A stretch of 32,000 nucleotides of DNA from NCBI RefSeq assembly GCF_019711195.1, contig NZ_CP081299.1:3526276-3558275 (forward strand). The letters run 5' to 3'. Of this stretch, positions 8,464 to 16,652 are shown piece by piece. Each line of letters opens with the position of its first letter. Within the stretch, counting starts at the first letter, position 1. A model generated the notes under the pieces. The model did not search any database. It was not told where the DNA came from and saw only the letters and a list, made by a program, of their open reading frames with translations. The DNA comes from Dyadobacter sp. NIV53. GTDB taxonomy: Bacteria > Bacteroidota > Bacteroidia > Cytophagales > Spirosomataceae. A program made the translations under genes and the position numbers.

Positions 8464-8482
8464 TGCGTACTTACGGTACGCA
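8464..8482 (+). terminator. Hairpin after the EamA gene
   Basis: Perfect 7-bp stem tgcgtac / gtacgca with a 5-nt loop, 5 nt after the stop. It is followed by ggtaaatttt. Confidence 0.4.
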
Positions 8483-8578
8483 GGTAAATTTTGATGAATT
8501 TCGATTCTACAAAAAGGTTGCTTCTATGGAGCAGAACCGTTTACACTTAAAGGATTACAGTTCGAAATTCTCAGCTTT

Positions 8579-8953
8579 TTACTTTTGTGTGTTGAGCCGT
8601 TCATTGAAAACCAACCGGTTCATAAAAGGATCAACTACTGTGACTGAAATAGAATCCCAGGGCACCTCCTGTAACCCGGGACAGTTATATTTATACTTTT
8701 TATCATTCAGTTCTTTATGCAGCTCCCGCACTCCGTCACATTCTATAAAAACTTTTCCTCCCGGTGTACTATCTCCATGATGTTCAGAAAGATGGAGCAC
8801 TATTCCATTGTTGGAAACCTGCATATAAAGGGGCGCATTATCATCAAACCGGTGGGTCCAGTCTACTGAAAAACCAAGCCAGCCGACATAAAATTCAAGT
8901 GCTTTTGCTTCATCAAAAATCCTTAATATCGGAATTACCTGACTGACTTTCAT
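8579..8953 (-). CDS. Glyoxalase/bleomycin-resistance (VOC) superfamily protein
   Basis: 124 aa. The pattern IPILRIFDEAKALEFYVGWLGFSVDW...LHLSEHHGD...PWDSISVTVVDPFMNRLVF is typical of bleomycin-resistance-like VOC proteins. Confidence 0.8.
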   Translation of the reverse strand: MKVSQVIPILRIFDEAKALEFYVGWLGFSVDWTHRFDDNAPLYMQVSNNGIVLHLSEHHGDSTPGGKVFIECDGVRELHKELNDKKYKYNCPGLQEVPWDSISVTVVDPFMNRLVFNERLNTQK

Positions 8954-9007
8954 TTACTTATATTTTAGATAAAATTATTTTCTTCTGATCTTTGTTCAAC
9001 AAATGAA

Positions 9008-9580
9008 ATGAAAGATACCATGAAAAAATATATTTCTGTACTTTTTATATCCTGTTTGACTGTGATTGGTTTAACAGGTTTCAGGTCCGATTCAACCGAA
9101 CGTGCGGCTGACGGTATACAATGGCTTACCGTCGAAGAAGCTTATTTGAAAACCCAGAAAGAACCCAGAAAGGTATTGATTGATGTTTATACAGACTGGT
9201 GCGGCTGGTGTAAGGTAATGGATAAGGAAACTTTCAAAAATAAAGCTGTGATTGATTACGTAAACAGGAAATTTTATGCCGTAAAACTGGATGCCGAGCA
9301 AAAAGAAGCGATTACACTGGGCGGCAAAAAGTTTGAATTTCTGGCACAGGGTGGAAAAGGAATCCACGAACTGGCATTGGCACTGACCAACAATCAGCCA
9401 AGTTTTCCTACTACGGTTTTTTTAGACGATAAATTTCAGATGATACAGCCATTGCCAGGTTATATGAAAGCAAAGGAATTTCACGAGGTCATTACTTTTA
9501 TAGGTGGAAATTACCACAAAAAAGAGGCTTTTGAGACTTATAAAGCGAAAACCTATAAAGAGTTGTTTCCGGGAAAATGA
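9008..9580 (+). CDS. Secreted thioredoxin-fold protein (Thioredoxin_7 / DUF255-like, CxxC)
   Basis: Signal peptide, then VLIDVYTDWCGWCKVMDKETF with a WCGWC redox motif. The start could be ATG 9008 or 9020. Confidence 0.8.
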   Translation: MKDTMKKYISVLFISCLTVIGLTGFRSDSTERAADGIQWLTVEEAYLKTQKEPRKVLIDVYTDWCGWCKVMDKETFKNKAVIDYVNRKFYAVKLDAEQKEAITLGGKKFEFLAQGGKGIHELALALTNNQPSFPTTVFLDDKFQMIQPLPGYMKAKEFHEVITFIGGNYHKKEAFETYKAKTYKELFPGK

Positions 9581-9612
9581 TATTATAACGCAAAAGCCAG
9601 AAGGGCTTAATT

Positions 9613-9649
9613 AAAAAAAGAGCCACAGAAATAAATCTCCGTGGCTCTT
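9613..9649 (-). terminator. Rho-independent terminator of prfA
   Basis: Stem agagccac / gtggctct (9619-9626 and 9641-9648). On the minus strand it is followed by a T7 run (plus-strand A run at 9613-9619). Confidence 0.65.
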
Positions 9650-9699
9650 CCTGTCCGTTCTTCTTATCTCTGTGTCCTAAAAATCTCCGTTCCTAAAAA

Positions 9700-10773
9700 C
9701 TAAACTGCCTCCCCTTCCTGCATACGTTCCGCATTTTCTGCGATCCTTAATCTTTCAATAAATTCACCGATATCTCCTTCCATTACAGCTGGAAGATTGT
9801 GAACTGTATAACCAATACGGTGATCCGTAATGCGGCTTTGCGGGTAATTGTATGTCCTGATCTTGTCCGATCTGTCGCCGCTTCCAACCATGGATTTACG
9901 TTGAGAACTGACAGCATCGTTGTGTTCTTTTAGTTTGATTTCATAAAGCCGTGAACGCAAAACACCCAAAGCTCTTTCTTTATTTTTCAATTGCGAACGT
10001 TCATCCTGGCAACTTACTACCAATCCCGACGGAATATGCGTAAGCCTTACCGCGGAATAAGTCGTGTTAACCGATTGACCACCAGCTCCTGACGACATAA
10101 ATGTATCAATACGAACATCATTCATATTAATCTGAACGTCCACCTCTTCTGCCTCCGGCAAAACGGCAACTGATGCTGCCGAAGTATGGATACGTCCCTG
10201 GGATTCCGTTTGAGGTACGCGTTGTACACGGTGTACTCCGGACTCAAATTTCATTTTTCCGTAAACATCTTCACCTTCCACTTTACAGATAATTTCTTTA
10301 TATCCGCCGTTGGTGCCTTCGGTAAAATCCATAATAGACGAACGCCAGCCCATTTTCTCAAAAAACCGCTGATACATCCTAAACAAATCTCCGGCAAATA
10401 TCGATGCTTCATCTCCACCTGTTCCGCCTCTTATTTCCAAAATAATATTCCGGCTATCGTTCGGATCTTTTGGAATCAGCATTTCCTTAATCACCTTATC
10501 CAACTCCTCAAACTTAGGCACCAGATCATTCAGTTCCTCTTTCGCCATTTCCCTCAATTCCTCATCCTTCTCATTATCAATGAGTTCTTTTGTACCGGAA
10601 ATATCTTTTTGCAGCTTTTGATAAATAGCATATTTTTCAACGATCTTACCTAAATCCTTATATTCCTTACTGATTTTGGAATAACGGGTAGAATCTGAAA
10701 CAATTTCGGGTTGTATAATTTGTTGCGAAACTTCTTCGAAACGTTCTTTTATAGCTTCTAATTTATCTAGCAT
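9700..10773 (-). CDS. prfA: Peptide chain release factor 1
   Basis: 357 aa. GGQ motif (SSGAGGQSVNTTYSAVRLTHIPSG). RF1-type recognition region RVQRVPQTESQGRIHTSAASVAVLPE. Single uninterrupted frame. Confidence 0.95.
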   Translation of the reverse strand: MLDKLEAIKERFEEVSQQIIQPEIVSDSTRYSKISKEYKDLGKIVEKYAIYQKLQKDISGTKELIDNEKDEELREMAKEELNDLVPKFEELDKVIKEMLIPKDPNDSRNIILEIRGGTGGDEASIFAGDLFRMYQRFFEKMGWRSSIMDFTEGTNGGYKEIICKVEGEDVYGKMKFESGVHRVQRVPQTESQGRIHTSAASVAVLPEAEEVDVQINMNDVRIDTFMSSGAGGQSVNTTYSAVRLTHIPSGLVVSCQDERSQLKNKERALGVLRSRLYEIKLKEHNDAVSSQRKSMVGSGDRSDKIRTYNYPQSRITDHRIGYTVHNLPAVMEGDIGEFIERLRIAENAERMQEGEAV

Positions 10774-10810
10774 GATATTACGTTCTCTTGGGCATTAGTC
10801 ATTTGGGGCA

Positions 10811-10818
10811 CAAAGATA
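10811..10818 (-). promoter_or_regulatory. -7 promoter box TATCTTTG upstream of prfA
   Basis: The reverse complement of caaagata matches TAnnTTTG. It lies about 38 nt upstream of the prfA ATG. Confidence 0.45.
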
Positions 10819-10959
10819 AGCAATATTCAGTTTTGAATTTTTTAATGTATAAATGTTCATGATCTATAACTGACACTTTTGATTTAAAATAGTCCATATT
10901 TGAATTCCGGTTTGCACGTTTACGTTGAACCATTAAGAATCATTTTGTTAATCAAATAC

Positions 10960-11538
10960 ATGAAAAATTTTGTTCTCGTTGTCGTTCTTCTCTTTACAAT
11001 AACGGCTTGTAATACCAAGAGACTGGAAAATACCAAAGAACTTTCCAGAGAAATCAAAGCGTCCCAGATTGTACGTGTTACCAATACGCAGCTCATTTAT
11101 ACCGTGGATGAATGGGGTAAAAAAATCGCTAAAATAGTTGAAAAATCCTTGCAAAAGGAGCTGGAAGCAAATCCTGAAAAAGCGGGTGAAATCTGTAAAG
11201 ATTTATCTAAAATACCATTGGTCAATGCGTTACAAAAAGAATACGGCGTTCAGATAGAACTGTTAGGAGAAAATGATAAAAATAATCCGGGCCTGAAACC
11301 AAAGGAAAAAGAACTGCTGGATGCATACCTGTACAGCGCCAAAACAAATGCAACCGCGAATGACAATGTACAGCTGCTAAATGACACACTGCTCGTTTAT
11401 AATGTTCCTGTTCCGGCTGAGAATCCAATTTGTAAAACCTGTATGGGAAGCCAGGAAACATCTTTTGCGCTTTGGAGATTGTTATTCAACAAAAAGGAAA
11501 TTATTCGTAAACTGGACGTAAAAAAGCTGAAAGAGTAA
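10960..11538 (+). CDS. Lipoprotein, tentatively DUF3365 / Tll0287-like sensor-type domain
   Basis: ATG 10960 gives MKNFVLVVVLLFTITAC, a lipobox. The layout ...GEICKD...GVQIELLGENDKNNPGLKPKEKE...YNVPVPAENPICKTCMG resembles my recollection of the DUF3365 pattern. I recall that pattern as an internal Cys, an RNPxNxP-like segment and a C-terminal CxxCH. Confidence 0.5.
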   Translation: MKNFVLVVVLLFTITACNTKRLENTKELSREIKASQIVRVTNTQLIYTVDEWGKKIAKIVEKSLQKELEANPEKAGEICKDLSKIPLVNALQKEYGVQIELLGENDKNNPGLKPKEKELLDAYLYSAKTNATANDNVQLLNDTLLVYNVPVPAENPICKTCMGSQETSFALWRLLFNKKEIIRKLDVKKLKE

Positions 11539-11633
11539 TTTTACTGCTTTAAAGATTCCTCCGTTAATATGCTGGAACAGTTTTAGTCAGATAGTTTGCG
11601 AAACCGCTTACTTTACTATTCTGAATCTGAAAT

Positions 11634-12242
11634 ATGCCTTTTTCGTCCGACACAAAATCTGAATTCGAGTTATTCAGAACCAATAAAGTAATTCCCAAAG
11701 TGATAGAAGAAGAAATTCTGAAAGCACTTTCCTTTTATCCTGAACTGACAACAACACCTATTAGCTTTGTTTTTAAGCAAAATATTAAAAAGTCAGTCAT
11801 GCAGGCCCAGCCTGATGTTAAAATAATTTTGAAAGGAAAAAGAGCTTATAATATTAATATCAGTGCTTTATTTAAGTTAACGACAACAGCCATTCCGATC
11901 CATCAAATCCCAAAAGATATTATGATTGGATGGATCGGACACGAACTGGGCCATATCATGGATTACGAAAACCGAAATATTGCAGGAATTATCCGGTTTG
12001 GGCTAGGCTATGTTTTCTCCACAACCTATCTGAGAAAAGCAGAAAAAACAGCTGATACTTATGCAGTTAATCATGGACTTGGATGGTATATTCTTCAAAC
12101 TAAAAATTTCATCCTTAACCACGCTGATCTTTCTGAAAAATATAAAAGTAAAATTGCCCGTCTGTATCTCTCTCCTGATGATATTGTTGAGCAGGTTCGT
12201 ATTCTCGAATTACAGCAGATAAAGGCAAAGGAACAATCATAA
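11634..12242 (+). CDS. Putative zinc metalloprotease-like protein (HExxH)
   Basis: 202 aa with the motif WIGHELGHIMDYENR. I recognise no other family. Confidence 0.5.
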   Translation: MPFSSDTKSEFELFRTNKVIPKVIEEEILKALSFYPELTTTPISFVFKQNIKKSVMQAQPDVKIILKGKRAYNINISALFKLTTTAIPIHQIPKDIMIGWIGHELGHIMDYENRNIAGIIRFGLGYVFSTTYLRKAEKTADTYAVNHGLGWYILQTKNFILNHADLSEKYKSKIARLYLSPDDIVEQVRILELQQIKAKEQS

Positions 12243-13757
12243 GTTACTTTCGACAAACTTGCCGAATTCCAGAAATTCTTCCTCTTTCATTACTCTTGGA
12301 ATTTTCACCTGTCCACCCATTTTCTTGGTTTCTTCGCTCCATTTGTAGAAAATTTCTTCCGGAATCAGCTCAACCTCAACACCTTTAAGTGCCTTTCCTC
12401 TGGCGACATTGTAATTCTTGTTGTTTTCGCTCAGCGTTTTGTCCAGTGATTCAGCCACTTTAATTTTATCCGGCGTTTTGTCACAGCTCAAATACCATTT
12501 GTGAATATATTCGTCATTACGATGCACGGCAGCTACGATAAATTCCTTGATCACTACATCATATTCTTTTTCAATTACACGTAATCCGTCGTTCATCTGG
12601 TTTACCGACAATTGAGAGCCAACTACATTCAAATAATGTTTGGTGCGGCCGGTAATAACAATTTCAGCTTTTTCTTTATCCGTAATCATTACTGTATCGC
12701 CAATCATATAACGCCACGCACCCGAAACTGTTGAAATTAACAATACATAGGAAACATTTTCTTCAGCATCAGCCAGTGAAAACACTCTTGCGCCGGGTTT
12801 AACCAGACCATCCTCATCCACATGCTCATCATCGAAAGGCACAAATTCATAAAAAATGCCATTATTAGGAAATAACGCCATTGAAGCCGTTTCAGGTCGT
12901 TTTTGGATGGCTATAAAACCTTCGGAAGCCAGGTAAGTATCAATATAGATCAGTGGACGTGCGAATAACTTTTCCATACTTTTCCGGTAGGGTTCAAACG
13001 CCACGCCGCCTGTTGTATACACCATCAGGTTGGGCCATATTTCATGGATATTGTTTAGTTTATGGTTACTGATAATCTCTTTCAGCATGAGCTCCACCCA
13101 TGCAGGAATGCCTGAAATACAACCAATATCCCAGTCAGCAGCTTCTTCCGCAATCCTTTTCACACGTTCGTCCCAATTTGCGATATCTGCAATTTCACGT
13201 CCCGGCTTATAAAATCCTCCAAACCAGGCTGGAATATTACTCGCACTGATTCCACTGATTTCTCCTTCTTTATGGTCATCCTTCTCGATCAGATTGGTAC
13301 TGCTCCCAAGCATGAGAATTTGTTTTGTAAAAAATTCTCCCGGCAGATCGAAGGCTTTCAGATTAGCAATTTCATTCATACCGGCCTTTTTAATAGAGGC
13401 CAGCATGTCGTCAGTTACCGGAATATGTTTGCTGTGACTCGTCGTTCCGCTACTCAGTGCAAAGAACTGCTGACCGCCGGGCCAGGTAACATTCTGGTGA
13501 CCTTCCAGCAAATAATGCCACCAATCCCCATTCATTTTATCATAATCATGAACGGGAACCGATTTCTGAAATTCTGCTATCAGATCTTCACTTTCCAAAA
13601 TATCCTTAAAATGATAAGCTTTCCCGAATGCAGTGAATTTTGCGGTTTCCAACAATTCTTTCAAAACTTCCTTTTGGGCTTGTACCGGATCAGGATCGGA
13701 AATGATCATTCCTGTAATGTCAATTGCTTTCTTGATTAATTCACCAATAACGGTCAT
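12237..13757 (-). CDS. GH3 family (acyl-adenylate-forming, GH3 auxin-responsive-promoter-like) protein
   Basis: 506 aa. Its length and sequence (...FALSSGTTSHSKHIPVT..., ...YTTGGVAFEPYR..., ...YASEGFIA...) are typical of the bacterial GH3 family common in Bacteroidota. Confidence 0.8.
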   Translation of the reverse strand: MTVIGELIKKAIDITGMIISDPDPVQAQKEVLKELLETAKFTAFGKAYHFKDILESEDLIAEFQKSVPVHDYDKMNGDWWHYLLEGHQNVTWPGGQQFFALSSGTTSHSKHIPVTDDMLASIKKAGMNEIANLKAFDLPGEFFTKQILMLGSSTNLIEKDDHKEGEISGISASNIPAWFGGFYKPGREIADIANWDERVKRIAEEAADWDIGCISGIPAWVELMLKEIISNHKLNNIHEIWPNLMVYTTGGVAFEPYRKSMEKLFARPLIYIDTYLASEGFIAIQKRPETASMALFPNNGIFYEFVPFDDEHVDEDGLVKPGARVFSLADAEENVSYVLLISTVSGAWRYMIGDTVMITDKEKAEIVITGRTKHYLNVVGSQLSVNQMNDGLRVIEKEYDVVIKEFIVAAVHRNDEYIHKWYLSCDKTPDKIKVAESLDKTLSENNKNYNVARGKALKGVEVELIPEEIFYKWSEETKKMGGQVKIPRVMKEEEFLEFGKFVESNL

Positions 13758-13885
13758 ATTGCTGTGAGGTAAGGTTATTATTGTCTGGAAAAAATATGTA
13801 TAACATAATTTGAAAAAGTCATGCCAGATTAAATTCGCAAGCTGTTATTTTTACAAATCAATTTTAATCTGATAATCCGTTAGTT

Positions 13886-14797
13886 ATGAAGAATCAATAC
13901 ATTTCAAGATATTTTTTACTGCTTACGTGCTGTTTAATTATTATAAAGTCCACCGTTTCTGCACAAAATAACATACTGGTTTTTCAGTCGGATTTTGGTT
14001 TAAAAGATGCAGCGGTTTCTGCTATGAAAGGTGTGGCAATGGGCGTTTCACCAGATCTTAAATTGTATGACGTGACGCATGAAATTCCTGCTTATAACAT
14101 TTGGGAAGCATCTTACAGGCTGGTCCAAACTGCACCATACTGGCCGGCAGGAACCGTTTTCGTATCCGTTGTAGATCCGGGCGTTGGCACAAGCCGGAAA
14201 TCTGTTGTGTTGCTTACAAAATCCGGACATTACTTTGTAACACCCGATAACGGCACACTTACACTGGTTGCTGAACAGCTTGGCATACAGGAAGTACGCG
14301 AAATTGATGAAGTAAACAACCGCCGCAAAAATTCCAATGAATCCTATACATTTCACGGCCGTGATGTATATGCGTTTACAGGAGCACGGCTGGCTTCAAA
14401 AGCAATGACTTTTGATAAAGTTGGCCCCAAACTTCCCGAAAAAGTAGTAACGATACCGTATCAGAAAGCAGCATTTGGCAATGGAAAAGTGAAAGGCGGA
14501 ATTCCGATTTTAGATATTCAGTACGGTAATGTCTGGACGAATATTGACAAGGAAGTTTTTAATAAACTGGGGTTTAAGGTTGGTGATGATATCAAAGTAT
14601 CTATTCAGAATAACCAGAAAAACGTTTATGAAGGCGTTGTGAAGTATGTTAATACCTTTGGTGATGTAAAAGAAGGCGAAGATGTTGGTTATTTCAACAG
14701 TCTGTTATTCTTTTCGTTAGGAATTAATATGGGAAGTTTTTCAGAAAAATATAAAGTTTACAGTGGTGGAGAATGGAGTATTGAATTATCTAAATAA
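13886..14797 (+). CDS. SAM hydroxide adenosyltransferase family protein (DUF62) with an N-terminal signal-like extension
   Basis: The core VFQSDFGLKDAAVSAMKGV ... VSVVDPGVGTSRKSVV ... FVTPDNGTLTL ... FHGRDVYAF matches the DUF62 / SAM hydrolase-halogenase fold family. It is preceded by MKNQYISRYFLLLTCCLIIIKSTVSAQ. Confidence 0.8.
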   Translation: MKNQYISRYFLLLTCCLIIIKSTVSAQNNILVFQSDFGLKDAAVSAMKGVAMGVSPDLKLYDVTHEIPAYNIWEASYRLVQTAPYWPAGTVFVSVVDPGVGTSRKSVVLLTKSGHYFVTPDNGTLTLVAEQLGIQEVREIDEVNNRRKNSNESYTFHGRDVYAFTGARLASKAMTFDKVGPKLPEKVVTIPYQKAAFGNGKVKGGIPILDIQYGNVWTNIDKEVFNKLGFKVGDDIKVSIQNNQKNVYEGVVKYVNTFGDVKEGEDVGYFNSLLFFSLGINMGSFSEKYKVYSGGEWSIELSK

Positions 14798-14856
14798 CAA
14801 AATAGGCTGTCTTAAAATACTACGTATTCCCATACTGATAATTTAAATCTAAAGGA

Positions 14857-14904
14857 GCGAAGTCGAAGTGTTTCCGGCTAATATGGCTCGGGCTTCGACT
14901 TCGC
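14857..14904. terminator. 12-bp perfect hairpin between convergent genes
   Basis: Arms gcgaagtcgaag (14857-14868) and cttcgacttcgc (14893-14904) with a 24-nt loop. It lies between the stops at 14797 (+) and 15006 (-). Confidence 0.45.
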
Positions 14905-15005
14905 CTGACAGGATTTTTGCATTTCAAGTCAGCTTCTTTTAATTATATGTGCAAAAATCGAAATCTCCTGTATGTTAAAATCGAAGTCAGGCAAAAGTAA
15001 CATCC

Positions 15006-15893
15006 TTATTCAGGTAATGCTTTTGTTGCAACCTGGTAAATTTCATACCAATCCTGATGACTGAGTTTAATATCAGAAGCACTTGCCGCATTCCTGATAC
15101 GATTTTCTGATAAAGATCCAATGATTGGCAAAGTTCCCAGTTTCATTAACCAGGCAACCGCAGTCTGTTCAATATTAGCATCAAATTTTTTGCCGATTTC
15201 TTCCAGTTTGGCTCTTAGCCTTACAGATTGTTCGTCTTTTCCATTCAGGATTTTGCCACCTGCAAGCGGAGCCCATGCCAGCGGTTTGCTGAAACATTGC
15301 TTGATAAAGTCAATCCGGCCATCTTCAATGGCCGAAGTGTTCATCAGGTTCAATTCAATATGATTGGTTACGATCGGTATTCTTAAGTAAGAAGCCAATA
15401 ACTGGTGCTGGAAAACAGTAAAGTTGGTAACACCGATATGCCGTGCTTTTCCAGATTTCACAATTTCAGCCAATGCTCCGGCAGTTTCCTCGGGATCAGT
15501 CAGAAAATCACTGTGGTGCAGCAGAAAAATATCAAGATAATCTGTTTGCAATCTTTTCAGGGAACCATCTATACTGTTAACAATATGGTCTCTTGAAGTA
15601 TCATAATATTTTAAATTGCCATTATCCGAAGTTCTGATACCACATTTACTGAAAAGTACAATGTCCTCCCGTTTGAAAGATTTGTTCCGAATGATTTTCC
15701 CAAAGTGTTCTTCAATCGTAAGATCTCCGTAAACATCAGCGTGATCAAAAGTATTAATGCCAAGTTCCAGACACAGGTTAACCGTTTTTTCGATATTGGA
15801 AGTAGTTACAGAACCTTCGTCCGTCCATCGCCAGAAACCATAAATTGCCTCAGACACTTTTGGCCCGGAATCACTTAAACTAACTTTTTTCAT
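15006..15893 (-). CDS. Aldo/keto reductase family oxidoreductase (YdhF-like)
   Basis: 295 aa. FDHADVYG and other AKR signatures (...LLHHSDFL..., GVTNF...). Confidence 0.9.
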   Translation of the reverse strand: MKKVSLSDSGPKVSEAIYGFWRWTDEGSVTTSNIEKTVNLCLELGINTFDHADVYGDLTIEEHFGKIIRNKSFKREDIVLFSKCGIRTSDNGNLKYYDTSRDHIVNSIDGSLKRLQTDYLDIFLLHHSDFLTDPEETAGALAEIVKSGKARHIGVTNFTVFQHQLLASYLRIPIVTNHIELNLMNTSAIEDGRIDFIKQCFSKPLAWAPLAGGKILNGKDEQSVRLRAKLEEIGKKFDANIEQTAVAWLMKLGTLPIIGSLSENRIRNAASASDIKLSHQDWYEIYQVATKALPE

Positions 15894-15919
15894 TCGGTGT
15901 GGTTGTTTGAATCAAAGTG

Positions 15920-15927
15920 CAAAAATA
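15920..15927 (-). promoter_or_regulatory. -7 promoter box TATTTTTG upstream of the aldo/keto reductase gene
   Basis: The reverse complement of caaaaata matches TAnnTTTG. It lies 27 nt upstream of the ATG at 15893. Confidence 0.4.
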
Positions 15928-16046
15928 GGTTTATTTTGGAAAGTTTGAAGCTGCTGGCCGATTGCTAACGGCTTTTGGTTTTTAAACTACTAAAAATGAG
16001 ATGTCCAGCGATTTATTTGAAGATATTGCAGATTTAGATTCCGGCT

Positions 16047-16403
16047 TCACTTTTCCAATCTGTTATCCTTCACAATCAGATAGAAATCATTATCCAGTTC
16101 CAGATAACCATAATCGTACACAAAGTGATAAATATTCCCTTTTTGTGTCGGACGGATGCTGGTCATGAGGTTAAAATCAAAACCTTTTGTTATCAAAGTA
16201 TTTTTTGTGGTCTTCGCTTTATCATCCGGACAAAGCTCTTCCAGAATCCGTCGATTTTTCCGGAGCTGGTTATTCATATTCCGTACTACATTATAGGAAT
16301 CAGAATTGAGCCTGTTGTTGTAACTATTCCGGCACATATCTGAACAAAATTTCTTGTCAATCCTTCCCATTAAAGGCTTATCGCATTCCAAACAGTTTGC
16401 CAT
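16047..16403 (-). CDS. Small zinc-ribbon protein (CxxC ... FCSxxC, TRASH/FCS-like N-terminus), function unknown
   Basis: ATG at 16403 gives MANCLECDKPLMGRIDKKFCSDMCRNSYNN. The upstream extension in the ORF track (to 16466) is hydrophobic nonsense that overlaps palindromes. Confidence 0.6.
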   Translation of the reverse strand: MANCLECDKPLMGRIDKKFCSDMCRNSYNNRLNSDSYNVVRNMNNQLRKNRRILEELCPDDKAKTTKNTLITKGFDFNLMTSIRPTQKGNIYHFVYDYGYLELDNDFYLIVKDNRLEK

Positions 16404-16442
16404 GAATTGTGTTATTCTAAATTCGCTTATCAGATAAAAAAT

Positions 16443-16459
16443 GATCGTTTTGAACGATC
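16443..16459. promoter_or_regulatory. Perfect 7-3-7 palindrome GATCGTT-TTG-AACGATC in a divergent control region
   Basis: Seen directly. It lies 40 nt upstream of the zinc-ribbon gene start. Confidence 0.3.
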
Positions 16460-16509
16460 TGTGCAAGATAGTAAAATTCTTTGCCTCTTTTTAACAAAAC
16501 GAATAATTC

Positions 16510-16531
16510 CATTTGCAAACGGTTGCAAATG
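16510..16531. promoter_or_regulatory. Perfect 9-4-9 palindrome CATTTGCAA-ACGG-TTGCAAATG (candidate operator)
   Basis: Seen directly. It is central in the 250-bp region between the divergent zinc-ribbon gene and ssb. Confidence 0.35.
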
Positions 16532-16652
16532 CTTTTATATGACTGTAAATAGTTAATACCCGAATAATATTTTGCTAAACCTGCACCTTTGTCAGGTCGA
16601 TTCGCAACGAACGATTCAAAATATAAAACATTCATCTTTTAACTATTATAAC

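Noticed and set aside
8463-8780. 105-aa plus-strand ORF after the EamA gene
   Set aside because: It starts inside the terminator hairpin and then runs antisense to the VOC/glyoxalase gene. It has no recognisable domain.
10186-10653. 155-aa plus-strand ORF
   Set aside because: It is antisense to prfA, whose identity is unambiguous. The sequence is a hydrophobic, low-complexity shadow ORF.
9700-10773. Possible programmed frameshift in a release-factor gene
   Set aside because: The +1 frameshift is a feature of prfB (RF2). This gene is RF1, with a single uninterrupted frame.
13272-13739. 155-aa plus-strand ORF
   Set aside because: It is antisense to the GH3-family gene and has no recognisable motifs.
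16417-16635. 72-aa minus-strand ORF, and the N-terminal extensions of ORFs 16047..16466 and 16572..16973
   Set aside because: All lie in the palindrome-rich divergent control region. The family-typical N-termini begin at the internal ATGs (16403 for MANCLEC..., 16653 for MNSVKLIGNVG...).
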